NCBI GenBank assembly: GCA_015233165.1
Contig: JADFYF010000001.1
Coordinates: forward strand, 7,762-71,761
Direction of reading: 5' to 3'
From: Candidatus Omnitrophota bacterium
GTDB lineage: Bacteria; Omnitrophota; Gorgyraeia; Zapsychrales; Fredricksoniimonadaceae
Length of the DNA: 64,000 nt
Each line of letters begins with the position of its first letter. The stretch's first letter is position 1. This document shows positions 29,023 through 38,052 of the stretch, one piece after another. A program made the position numbers and the translations under genes. Under the pieces are notes generated by a model. It worked only from the letters and a program-made list of their open reading frames with translations. It had not been told where the DNA came from and made no database searches.

Positions 29023-30399
29023 ATGTCTTTACCTATTGATAAACAAACTTTAACCAAATACGATGTCGCAGGTCCTCGCTACACCAGCTATCCAACGGCT
29101 CCAGAATGGTCTAAGGAGATCCGTGTTCAAACCTATATTGATAAATTGAAGGATTTTGGACAAAACGACAAGACATTATCGTTGTATATTCATATTCCTT
29201 TTTGTGAAAGTCTTTGCTATTTCTGTGCCTGCAATAAGGTTATTCGGGCTAATGAAGAGAGTGTGGGCGATGAGTTTTTGACACATTTATTTAAAGAGAT
29301 GGAGATGGTCGCTGCTCATATTGGTCCCCGTAAGATGATCCGTCAGTTGCATTGGGGAGGCGGGACACCTACTTATTTATCTGAGGCTCAGATTCAGAGG
29401 CTCTTTGCCAAGATCCAGTCGTTGTTTGATGTTGATTTTGATGGGGAGATTGCCATTGAGGTCGATCCTCGCACAGTTCCTTATAATAAGCTCAAGCTGT
29501 TGCGTGATATTGGCTTTAACAGGATTTCTTTAGGGGTTCAAGATTTTGATGATAAGGTGATGGATGATATCAATCGTATTCAGCCTTTTTCTCAGGTGAA
29601 ACAAATTACTGAGTGGTGCCGTGAGCTTCAGTATGCTTCTATCAATTTTGATGTGGTTTACGGCCTACCGTATCAGACAAGTGAGACATTTAAGAAAACC
29701 ATCGATGCTGTTATTTCTCTGTTGCCAGACCGCATCGCCATGTATAGTTTTGCCTATGTGCCCTGGCTTTCTAAACCTCAGAACAAGTTTAATCTTGAGG
29801 CGATCGCTCTTCATGAGGAGAAGTTAGATATCTTCATTCAGTCCCGCAACAACTTGTTAGAACACGGGTATCAGGCGATTGCCATGGATCATTTTGCGTT
29901 AAAGACGGACGGGATGGCTAAAGCCTTTAATGAGGGGTGTCTGCACCGTAATTTTATGGGGTATACACTTAAACCTGCTGATGAGTTTATTGGTCTGGGG
30001 CCTTCCGCGATTGGTTTTGTGGAAAATACGTATATCCAGAACGTGAAGGTTCTTCCCGAATACTACGCTTTGCTCTCAGAGAACACCTTGCCGGTAGAGC
30101 GTGGTAAGATCTTAACTCAGGATGACCGTATTCGTCAGTGGGTGATTAATCATCTGATGTGTCAGTTTGAAGTGGATAAGGATGAGTTTTTTAAGACATT
30201 TGGATTTGAATTTGAAGATTATTTTATGGAAGAATCCAGCCATCTTCGTAATTGTGTGGAGGATGGTCTTATTAGAGAAGACTATAAGGCCATTAAGGTG
30301 ACAGATCTGGGGCGTATTTTTGTCCGCAATGTCTGTATGGGCTTTGATTGGTATCTGCGTCAGAAAGACGGGCATAAGAGATTTTCTAGGACTGTTTAA
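29023..30399 (+). CDS. hemN: Oxygen-independent coproporphyrinogen III oxidase (radical SAM)
   Basis: Radical SAM cluster motif CESLCYFCAC, HWGGGTPTYL and an HemN C-terminal domain. 458 aa. Confidence 0.9.
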   Translation: MSLPIDKQTLTKYDVAGPRYTSYPTAPEWSKEIRVQTYIDKLKDFGQNDKTLSLYIHIPFCESLCYFCACNKVIRANEESVGDEFLTHLFKEMEMVAAHIGPRKMIRQLHWGGGTPTYLSEAQIQRLFAKIQSLFDVDFDGEIAIEVDPRTVPYNKLKLLRDIGFNRISLGVQDFDDKVMDDINRIQPFSQVKQITEWCRELQYASINFDVVYGLPYQTSETFKKTIDAVISLLPDRIAMYSFAYVPWLSKPQNKFNLEAIALHEEKLDIFIQSRNNLLEHGYQAIAMDHFALKTDGMAKAFNEGCLHRNFMGYTLKPADEFIGLGPSAIGFVENTYIQNVKVLPEYYALLSENTLPVERGKILTQDDRIRQWVINHLMCQFEVDKDEFFKTFGFEFEDYFMEESSHLRNCVEDGLIREDYKAIKVTDLGRIFVRNVCMGFDWYLRQKDGHKRFSRTV

Positions 30400-30409
30400 T
30401 TTTAATAGT

Positions 30410-30488
30410 TGTCACCCCCGAATGTTTTAGTCGGGGGGCCAGAGTTGCTATAACTCTGGATTCCCGACAAAAGCATTCGAGAATGACA
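30410..30488. repeat. 79-bp palindromic intergenic repeat, copy 2 (between hemN and hemE), inverted relative to copy 1
   Basis: Its reverse complement aligns with copy 1 arm for arm. The 35-nt left arm differs at 1 position. Confidence 0.85.
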
Positions 30489-30501
30489 AAAAGGAGAAAA
30501 A

Positions 30502-31506
30502 GTGGCTAAAAATGTAAAGACAACAGAAGAACAAAGTAACTTCTTATTAGCATTTGAAGGAAAGAACAAACAAGTTCCTGTTTGGTTTATGCGTCAAGCG
30601 GGGCGTTATTTGCCTCAATATCAGGCCCTGAAGGCTAAGACTCCCTTAAGAGACTTGTTTCGTAATCCCGAAATTGCAGGTGCGATCACCTTGCAACCTC
30701 TTGAGATTCTTGGGGTGGATGCTGCTATTCTATTTGCCGATATCATGACCATGCCCTCCGGGATGGGATTTGATATCGATTTTGTGGATGGTAAAGGCCC
30801 TGTGATTAGTAATCCTATCTATACCGTGGCGGATCTAAAGCGTTTGGGAAAATATAGCGGACTTGAATATGTGACCCGGACCATTCAGTTGATTAATGCG
30901 GTTCTGCCGCCATCCATTCCTTTAATTGGGTTTGCCGGTTCTCCCTATACCGTTTTAACGTATTTATGTCATAAACAGAATCGTCTGATGTTTGCCGACC
31001 CCAAAGCCTTCCATAAATTTATGGACTTGTTAACAGACAATACGATCACCTATCTTAAACAGCAACAGAAGGCAGGGGTTAAGTCCTTTCAATTGTTTGA
31101 CACTTGGGCTGGCACCTTACGCCATGAAGATTACAAGGTTTTTGTTCTGCCCTATGTGCAGAGAATATTCAATTCTGTGGATCTACCATCCATTTACTAT
31201 CTAAAGAACTGCGCTCATTTGATGGATTTGATGGATAAAAGTGGAGCAGACATGCTTTCCGTTTGTGAAACGGTCAATATTGCCAATATTAAAACAACTA
31301 AAGGTATCCAAGGAAACTTCCTTAACAGCCTGCTCTATGCGGATGAAGCTGTGATAGTTGCTGAAACCAGAAAGCTTCTGAAAGCCGCTAAAGCGAATCA
31401 CCGCAAATACGTTTTTAACTTAAATCATGGTGTGATGCCAGATGTTGATCCCTTGAAGCTGAAGTTGATTGTGGAAGAAGTTCACAATTTTTCCTGGAGT
31501 AAGTAG
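30502..31506 (+). CDS. hemE: Uroporphyrinogen decarboxylase
   Basis: PVWFMRQAGRYLPQY signature. GTG start with an AAGGAG RBS. Confidence 0.9.
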   Translation: MAKNVKTTEEQSNFLLAFEGKNKQVPVWFMRQAGRYLPQYQALKAKTPLRDLFRNPEIAGAITLQPLEILGVDAAILFADIMTMPSGMGFDIDFVDGKGPVISNPIYTVADLKRLGKYSGLEYVTRTIQLINAVLPPSIPLIGFAGSPYTVLTYLCHKQNRLMFADPKAFHKFMDLLTDNTITYLKQQQKAGVKSFQLFDTWAGTLRHEDYKVFVLPYVQRIFNSVDLPSIYYLKNCAHLMDLMDKSGADMLSVCETVNIANIKTTKGIQGNFLNSLLYADEAVIVAETRKLLKAAKANHRKYVFNLNHGVMPDVDPLKLKLIVEEVHNFSWSK

Positions 31507-31534
31507 AAATTTCAAGGAATAAGCATAGAATTCC

Positions 31535-31672
31535 ATACTGCACACATATATGCAGTATTGGCAGTATAAGGAATAATAGTTCTTAATACTGCATAAAGTT
31601 GAAATAAGTTAAAATATATTTTTGCATTATTGATGCAGTATTATTAAGTGTTTTTGCAGTATTTTGCAGTAT
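31535..31672. promoter_or_regulatory. Array of TGCAGTAT octamers (6 perfect, 2 one-mismatch) in the hemE-hemY intergenic region
   Basis: Perfect + strand copies start at 31551, 31634, 31655 and 31665. Perfect - strand copies are at 31535-31542 and 31586-31593. Variants are GGCAGTAT at 31560 and TGCATTAT at 31623. The first pair forms ATACTGCA-N8-TGCAGTAT. Confidence 0.6.
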
Positions 31673-31684
31673 TAAAAGGGGTTT

Positions 31685-32905
31685 ATGAAGAAAATAATTA
31701 TCATTGGTGGTGGGATTTCTGGCCTGGCTGTTTTACATTATATCAAGAAACGCTACCAAGAGACCGTTGAGGTGACTCTTATAGAAAAGAATTCGGATGT
31801 GGGAGGAACCATCGCCTCCTTTGAAAGTCAGGGTTCCATCTTTGAAACTGGTCCTAATGGATTTCTGACCAATCAACCCAATACCCTTGAATTTATCAAA
31901 GATCTTGGATTCTTAGATCAATTAATTGAGGCCAATGAGGATTCCAAGCGTCGTTATATTCAGATGAACGGCAAACTGCATCTTCTACCAATGGATCCTG
32001 TCAATTTCTTTAAAACACCTTTGTTGTCAGCAACAGAAAAGATTCGTCTTATTCAGGGATTATTTAAGAAAAATATTTCTAAAGATCAAAGTGTTTATGA
32101 TTATACAGCAGAACGTTTTGGTCCCGCTGTTGCCAGTCGACTGGTGGATCCTTTTTTAACAGGAATTTATGCCGGGGATATTAAACGTTTACACATGGGC
32201 GCAGCTTTTCCTAAGATGGGAACGCCTAAGGGCCAGCCTAAGGCGAAAATGTGTTCCTTTGTTAATGGAATGGGGAGTTTGATTGGGCAGCTGGCTTTGA
32301 AGTACAAGTCTTCGATTCAGATAGGAGTGGAGGTTAAGGATCTTGCTGAACTTAAGGCGGATACGATTATTTGTGCTACCCCGGCCTATGTGGCAGCAGA
32401 GTTGTTTGGAATGCCGATTCTTCAAGATATTTATTATTCTCCGGTTGCCGTAGTGGGAATGCTCATCAAGAAGGACTCTTTTAAAAGGCTGCCGGATGGT
32501 TTTGGTTATCTGATTCCTTCTGGCGAAGGCAAGGAAGTTTTAGGCGTTCTGATTGAGAGCAATGTCTATACCCGTCAAACATCTAAGGATCAGATCTTCC
32601 TTCGCGTTATGATGGGAGGGGCTCATCATCCGGGGATAGCTTCTTATACTAAGGAACAGCTTCAGGTTTTAGCGTTGAAAGAGATTGATGAAATTTACGG
32701 ACTCAAAGAAGATTCTAGTAGCATTTCTGTTAAATTATGGACCAAGGGTATTCCTCAGTATGAGCTGGATTATCCGGCGATTCGTCAAGCTATTACAGAA
32801 GAATTAAAGAAAAAACAGAACCTGTTTTTATGCGCTAATTACCTGGATGGCATTTCATTTAACGACTGTATCAAGAATGCAAAAGAGTTGGTGGATTCGT
32901 TGTAA
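31685..32905 (+). CDS. hemY: Protoporphyrinogen/coproporphyrinogen oxidase, FAD-dependent (HemY/CgoX family)
   Basis: N-terminal dinucleotide fold IIIIGGGISGLA...EKNSDVGG, amine-oxidase-like length, and haem-biosynthesis context. Confidence 0.75.
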   Translation: MKKIIIIGGGISGLAVLHYIKKRYQETVEVTLIEKNSDVGGTIASFESQGSIFETGPNGFLTNQPNTLEFIKDLGFLDQLIEANEDSKRRYIQMNGKLHLLPMDPVNFFKTPLLSATEKIRLIQGLFKKNISKDQSVYDYTAERFGPAVASRLVDPFLTGIYAGDIKRLHMGAAFPKMGTPKGQPKAKMCSFVNGMGSLIGQLALKYKSSIQIGVEVKDLAELKADTIICATPAYVAAELFGMPILQDIYYSPVAVVGMLIKKDSFKRLPDGFGYLIPSGEGKEVLGVLIESNVYTRQTSKDQIFLRVMMGGAHHPGIASYTKEQLQVLALKEIDEIYGLKEDSSSISVKLWTKGIPQYELDYPAIRQAITEELKKKQNLFLCANYLDGISFNDCIKNAKELVDSL

Positions 32906-32959
32906 AAGAGTTAAGATTTCACTATTTTATAAACAAACTTATGATAGGATGGAGCAATT

Positions 32960-34162
32960 ATGAAATGGATTATTTGTGTTTTTCTATTAGTCTTTAGCGG
33001 TTGTCAGCAATCTTCCAAAGAGAATCATTATACGGAAGTTGTTCCTCAAGCCCCTGCTCCAACTGTTCCAGCTACTCCTAAAATGGATTCTAGTGCTGAT
33101 CCTCACGCGGGGATGGATATGGATATGTCTGCGATGGGTGGAATGATGCCTGGTCTAGAAAATTCTGTGGCTAAGAATATCAGCTACGGTTGGACAGTTC
33201 CAGAAGGATGGAAGGAAGAAGCAGGTCAAGGCATGCGTTTAGCAACCTTTCATTTAACGTCAGATGAAAAAGCCATTGATTCTTCGATTGTCTCATTAGC
33301 TGGTGTGGCGGGAGGTTTAGAGGCTAATTTAAAACGTTGGATGGGACAAATCGGTTTAGAATCTTCGGCGACTGATTTAACAGGACTCATTAATGCAGCA
33401 TCTTCTATTAAGATTAAGGGTGGTCAAGAAGGCAAGGTTTTTGACTTCACAACGATTCAATTACAGGGTAAACCAACTGATAAAAGTATGATTGTTGTTA
33501 TGCTTCCTATGAATAACGCCACCTTGTTTGTCAAGGTGACTGGCACCCTGGAAACAGTTAAGAAGAACAAAGATGATTTCTTTAAGCTCGTGCAATCCAT
33601 CGAACCTAAGGGGGATGCCAGTTCAGTGACTGCTAATCCATTGGTTGGTGGTGACATGAAGGATCCTCATGCAGGAATGAATATGAATTCCGTGGGATCT
33701 ATGATGGAAAAATTAGGACCTCCAGTCAGCAATATTTCATGGGCTGTTCCTGAAGGGTGGAAGGAAGAAGCTGCTAAACATATGCGTATGGCTACTTTTC
33801 ATTTGGCCAGCGATCCTACGCTCATCGATTGTGGCATGATTGCTCTTGCCGGTGCTGCGGGTGGAGTTGAGCCTAATTTAGCCCGTTGGGCAGGACAATT
33901 AGGTTTGTCTGATTCTCCAGATACAATCGCAAAGCTAATGGCTGCTGCAATGGCAGTAAAGACTAAGGATGGCAAGGATGTTCAAGTCTATGACTTTACG
34001 GCGATTCAAACCAATGCTCAGAGTACAGATAAAAGTATGATTGCGGCCATATTATCGGTCGACAATTTAAGTATTTTTATTAAAATGACAGGCACTCTGG
34101 ACGCTATTAAGAAAAACAAAGAATCTTACTTAAAATTAATTAGCTCCATAGCCCATAAATAA
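32960..34162 (+). CDS. Lipoprotein made of two tandem ~175-aa repeats, each preceded by a His/Met-rich motif; unknown function
   Basis: Lipobox VFSGC. Repeat 1 is DPHAGMDMDMSAMGGMM...WTVPEGWKEEAGQGMRLATFHL...TGTLETVKKNKDDFFKLVQSI. Repeat 2 is DPHAGMNMNSVGSMM...WAVPEGWKEEAAKHMRMATFHL...TGTLDAIKKNKESYLKLISSI. Confidence 0.7.
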   Translation: MKWIICVFLLVFSGCQQSSKENHYTEVVPQAPAPTVPATPKMDSSADPHAGMDMDMSAMGGMMPGLENSVAKNISYGWTVPEGWKEEAGQGMRLATFHLTSDEKAIDSSIVSLAGVAGGLEANLKRWMGQIGLESSATDLTGLINAASSIKIKGGQEGKVFDFTTIQLQGKPTDKSMIVVMLPMNNATLFVKVTGTLETVKKNKDDFFKLVQSIEPKGDASSVTANPLVGGDMKDPHAGMNMNSVGSMMEKLGPPVSNISWAVPEGWKEEAAKHMRMATFHLASDPTLIDCGMIALAGAAGGVEPNLARWAGQLGLSDSPDTIAKLMAAAMAVKTKDGKDVQVYDFTAIQTNAQSTDKSMIAAILSVDNLSIFIKMTGTLDAIKKNKESYLKLISSIAHK

Positions 34163-34167
34163 ACTTT

Positions 34168-35271
34168 ATGATGAAATTTTTAAGCTCAACACGTATTACG
34201 GTGGTTTGTCTGTTTCTGTTATTTATTTTAACCTTCTGGGGGACGATTGCCCAAGTCCAGCAAGGGTTATATAGCGCCCAGGAACGGTTTTTTAATTCTT
34301 TTTATTTTCTAGCTGCAGGTTTTATTCCTTTCCCAGGGGCTCAACTCGTTCTTTGGGTCTTATTTATCAATTTACTTTGCATGTTTATATTGTCTTATAA
34401 GAAATTCTTCCAGTGGTCGAATTTGGGCAATCTTATAATTCATTTGGGGATTCTTCTTTACTTTGTAGCTGCTTTTATGGTTTTTCATGTTTCAAGTGAG
34501 TCCTATATCCGTTTTACTGAGGGGCAGACAACAAATGTCTCTAATTCTTATACGGATTGGGAGGTTGCTTTTTGGGTTGATACCAATGGAAAGAAGCGCG
34601 AAATAACAGCCGTTGATACAAAGGTTTTTAAACCGGAGTACATCATTCCTACGGATACCAAAGATTTTTCTTTAACTGTCAAACAATACTATTCCAATAG
34701 TGACGCGTTTAGTGATGGAAGTGGAAAGAAAAACCCAAGAATTCTTAATGAAGAAGGAATTACTCTTTTAACTCCCAAGCCTATTCTTAAAGAAAGAGAA
34801 CAGAATGTGGCGGGTGGAGTTTTTAATATCAAATTCGATGGAAAGTCCTATACCTTAATCCTCTATGGCATTGAAGTAAATCCTACGGAAGTGATGATCG
34901 CTGGGAAGAAGTATAACTTTATTTTACGTCATAAGCATTTCCCCTTGCCCTTTACTCTAAAATTAGATCACTTTAAAACAGAGTTTTATCCTGGAATGGA
35001 TATGGCTAAGAGTTACGAAAGTCTGGTTACGATTTCAACAGGAACTTTGGAGCGACAGGTAAGGATTTATATGAATAATCCTTTAAGATATAACGATTAC
35101 ACCGTCTACCAAGCGTCCTATGATGCGGATAGTACTGGTCGACAATATACCACCTTAGCGGTGGTTCGGAATTCAGCTCGGATAATGCCTTATGTGTCTT
35201 GTTTAGTTGTTTTCTTTGGGCTGGCCCTACATTTCTTAATGCAGGCATTTATTTCAAGAATAAAACCATGA
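34168..35271 (+). CDS. ccsB: System II cytochrome c biogenesis protein CcsB/ResB-like (short, 367 aa)
   Basis: N-terminal TM helices, a periplasmic domain, C-terminal NDYTVYQASYD and a final TM. ATGA overlap with ccsA. Confidence 0.7.
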   Translation: MMKFLSSTRITVVCLFLLFILTFWGTIAQVQQGLYSAQERFFNSFYFLAAGFIPFPGAQLVLWVLFINLLCMFILSYKKFFQWSNLGNLIIHLGILLYFVAAFMVFHVSSESYIRFTEGQTTNVSNSYTDWEVAFWVDTNGKKREITAVDTKVFKPEYIIPTDTKDFSLTVKQYYSNSDAFSDGSGKKNPRILNEEGITLLTPKPILKEREQNVAGGVFNIKFDGKSYTLILYGIEVNPTEVMIAGKKYNFILRHKHFPLPFTLKLDHFKTEFYPGMDMAKSYESLVTISTGTLERQVRIYMNNPLRYNDYTVYQASYDADSTGRQYTTLAVVRNSARIMPYVSCLVVFFGLALHFLMQAFISRIKP

Positions 35272-37130
35272 AAATAAAAATACTCTTAACAATTGCTTTC
35301 ATATTATCTTCTTTTCATATGGCTTTTGCTGAGCCGGGGATTAAAGATTTTAAGATTTTTAAGAATATCCCTGTTCTTGATCAAGGGCGACTTAAACCTA
35401 TAGATACTTTTGCTCGCAGCTTATTGACGCAGTTTTCAGGTAAGGATCATTATGAGAAACAAGATGCGTCCTCTTGGTTAGCCTCGTTGTTTTTTAATCC
35501 TGATTCAACCGTCAATGACAAGATTTTTCAAATCAATAATCCTGATACCGCAACAGCACTAGGGATTACACCTGACCAGCACCGTCGTTATACTCCTGCT
35601 CAACTTCAAAAAGCCTATCCCAAGTTAGTGGAACTTCAAGATGCGGCCAGAAAGATTCCTGAAAAAGAACGCAATCTGGTGGAAAATGAAATCTTAAGAG
35701 TCTTTGAAAATATCAATATTTACGCAGACCTATCTCGTTCATTTTTATTTACATCCCCTCAAAAAGATTTAACGATCACCTCAAAAGCTTTAAAAACTAA
35801 GATGGGTTTACCGCTGGAACAGAATGAATTTAGTTTTATCGATATAGCATTAAAAGCGGATGTCATGACTGAAATGGCTCAGTCCTTAGAGAAAAAGTCT
35901 CAAAGTCAATTTACAGCAGATGAGTTAGAAATTTATAACGTTACTAATAATCTTTTTGGCATGTCTCAAAAATATAAAGAGATGCCTTCTTTTACGGTTC
36001 TTCCATCAGCGACAGAAAAAGGACGATGGTTAAATCCGTGGGATGCTCTTATTTTAGACTTTAGCAATCAACAAACCCGACAGCTGTTATCTTATTGGAA
36101 TACTATGGCAATTAGCTTTAGACAGGATAATGGGGTGGAGTTTAATGTTGCTGCGCATTTATATATGAACCAAATTAAGGATGCCTTGTCTAACGACGAA
36201 CTTAAAAGTTTCAATAAATTTCCATTAGAGTTGTTTTATCATTCGGCGAGTCCGTTTACCTTGTCGATTATGTTTTACATTTTAACCTTTATTTTCTTTA
36301 TTATTTCCTTTTCATCCTCGAAGCAGATCTGGTATACGTTGGCAATGTGGAGTACCTTTGCTGGATTTGCGATTCATACGATAGGTTTACTGATGCGTAT
36401 CATCATTATGGCGCGCCCTCCGGTGTCGAGCCTTTATGAAACCTTTATCTTTGTTGGTTTTATTACCGTGTTATTAGGCTTAATTATTGAACACTTCAAT
36501 AGACAATGGTTGGGATTTGTGACAGCAGCGATTAGTGGGACAGCATTATTATTTATTGCAAATAAATATAGTGCCGAAGGAGATACGCTTAAGATGCTCG
36601 TTGCTGTTCTTAATTCTAACTTTTGGTTAGCGACCCATGTGACAACAATTACGATGGGTTACGCTGCGACCTGGGTTGGGGGAGTATTGGGTCATATTTG
36701 GTTGTTACAGGCCGTTTTTGGTAAGGACAATGAAACTCTGGATAAAACCTACAAAACAACCTTAGGAATTCTAGGAGTAGCTCTGACGTTAACCTTCCTT
36801 GGAACTAATCTTGGTGGTATCTGGGCAGATCAAAGCTGGGGGAGATTCTGGGGGTGGGATCCAAAAGAGAACGGAGCATTAATGATTGTTCTCTGGACAG
36901 CTTTATTATTTCACGCCAAGGTGGCTAAGATGATAGGACCTTTAGGGATGGCTGTCGGCGCTGTCTTTGGTATGATGGTCGTGATGTGGGCGTGGTTTGG
37001 TGTCAATCTATTAAGCGTGGGGCTTCATTCCTATGGTTTTACTGCCGGTATTGCAACAACCTTGATCGCTTACGCTGTGATTGAAATTGTTTTTATGATG
37101 GTAACCATTTGGTTTATTTCTAGAAAATAA
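35268..37130 (+). CDS. ccsA: System II cytochrome c biogenesis protein CcsA/ResC with ~320-aa N-terminal periplasmic extension
   Basis: WWD-type haem-handling motif WGRFWGWDPKENGAL and multiple TM helices in the C-terminal half. The start was moved from 35199 to ATG 35268 (signal peptide MKIKILLTIAFILSSFHMAFA). Confidence 0.85.
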   Translation: MKIKILLTIAFILSSFHMAFAEPGIKDFKIFKNIPVLDQGRLKPIDTFARSLLTQFSGKDHYEKQDASSWLASLFFNPDSTVNDKIFQINNPDTATALGITPDQHRRYTPAQLQKAYPKLVELQDAARKIPEKERNLVENEILRVFENINIYADLSRSFLFTSPQKDLTITSKALKTKMGLPLEQNEFSFIDIALKADVMTEMAQSLEKKSQSQFTADELEIYNVTNNLFGMSQKYKEMPSFTVLPSATEKGRWLNPWDALILDFSNQQTRQLLSYWNTMAISFRQDNGVEFNVAAHLYMNQIKDALSNDELKSFNKFPLELFYHSASPFTLSIMFYILTFIFFIISFSSSKQIWYTLAMWSTFAGFAIHTIGLLMRIIIMARPPVSSLYETFIFVGFITVLLGLIIEHFNRQWLGFVTAAISGTALLFIANKYSAEGDTLKMLVAVLNSNFWLATHVTTITMGYAATWVGGVLGHIWLLQAVFGKDNETLDKTYKTTLGILGVALTLTFLGTNLGGIWADQSWGRFWGWDPKENGALMIVLWTALLFHAKVAKMIGPLGMAVGAVFGMMVVMWAWFGVNLLSVGLHSYGFTAGIATTLIAYAVIEIVFMMVTIWFISRK

Positions 37131-37913
37131 ATGGCAGATTCCTTCAAATATGTTTTTGGTCCCGTTCATTCCTGGCGTCTAGGTCGATCCTTAGGAATTG
37201 ATCCACTCTCTTTGGAAAAGAAAATCTGCAACATGGATTGTATTTATTGTCAGTTAGGACGATCGTCCCAGCTAGCGCATGACCGTGAAGTTTTTATACC
37301 TACCCAAGAAGTGCTCGATGAATTAAAACAGATACCGTTAAATTCCGTAGATCATATCACCTTTTCAGGACGAGGTGAGCCCACCTTAGCTTTAAATCTT
37401 GGCGAGATGATCAGGGCTGTTAAAGTAATTCGCCCGGAGAAGGTGGCGGTCATTACTAACTCTTCTTTGATGAACAGGGAAGAGGTTCGTCATGATTTAA
37501 TGGCCGCAGATTATGTTTTAGCTAAATTAGACGCTGGTAATCAAATGGATTTTGAGATGGTGGATCAAGGGCAGACTCTTGATTTATCCAAAATTATTCA
37601 AGGCATTTCTGATTTTCGAAAAGTTTTTAAAGGCAGGTTGGCCCTACAAATAATGCTGGTCGACGATAATATTAAAAATGTCGAAGAGATTGCTAAGGTC
37701 TCTCGTCAAATAAAAGCGGATGAAGTTCAATTGGATACTCCACTAAGACCATCAGGAGTTCAACCTTTATCCAAAGAACGAATTTTTTGGGCCAAAGAAT
37801 ATTTTAAAGATATGACTGTTGTTACTGTTTATGATTTGCCTCTTCAAGATTATAGCCCCATGGACGATAAAGCAACACAGAGACGACATGGGAATTATAA
37901 AAAGAGGCTTTAA
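37131..37913 (+). CDS. Radical SAM protein of unknown specificity
   Basis: CNMDCIYC (CX3CX2C) cluster motif after FGPVHSWRLGRSLGIDP. The ATG is immediately adjacent to the ccsA stop. Confidence 0.7.
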   Translation: MADSFKYVFGPVHSWRLGRSLGIDPLSLEKKICNMDCIYCQLGRSSQLAHDREVFIPTQEVLDELKQIPLNSVDHITFSGRGEPTLALNLGEMIRAVKVIRPEKVAVITNSSLMNREEVRHDLMAADYVLAKLDAGNQMDFEMVDQGQTLDLSKIIQGISDFRKVFKGRLALQIMLVDDNIKNVEEIAKVSRQIKADEVQLDTPLRPSGVQPLSKERIFWAKEYFKDMTVVTVYDLPLQDYSPMDDKATQRRHGNYKKRL

Positions 37914-37960
37914 TTGCGTAATAGTACGTAGCATGTTAGGTAGTTCGCCTACTATTAATA

Positions 37961-37990
37961 TTGATTATAACCTTTACAATACATTATAAT
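37961..37990 (+). promoter_or_regulatory. Sigma70-like promoter candidate (TTGATT-N18-TATAAT) upstream of hemA-1 and the cytochrome cluster
   Basis: TTGATT at 37961-37966 and consensus TATAAT at 37985-37990, about 60 nt upstream of the hemA-1 ATG. Confidence 0.45.
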
Positions 37991-38052
37991 TTAAGTCCGT
38001 TACAGTTGTGAAATTTTCAACCCCGTTATCATAAATTGATCTAAGGATAAGA

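Noticed and set aside
31507-31684. The TGCAGTAT array read as a CRISPR array or as a replication origin.
   Set aside because: The repeat unit is only 8 bp, with irregular short spacers and copies on both strands, so it is not CRISPR-like. There are no DnaA-box-like TTATCCACA sequences, no adjacent dnaA/dnaN, and the region is only 178 bp.
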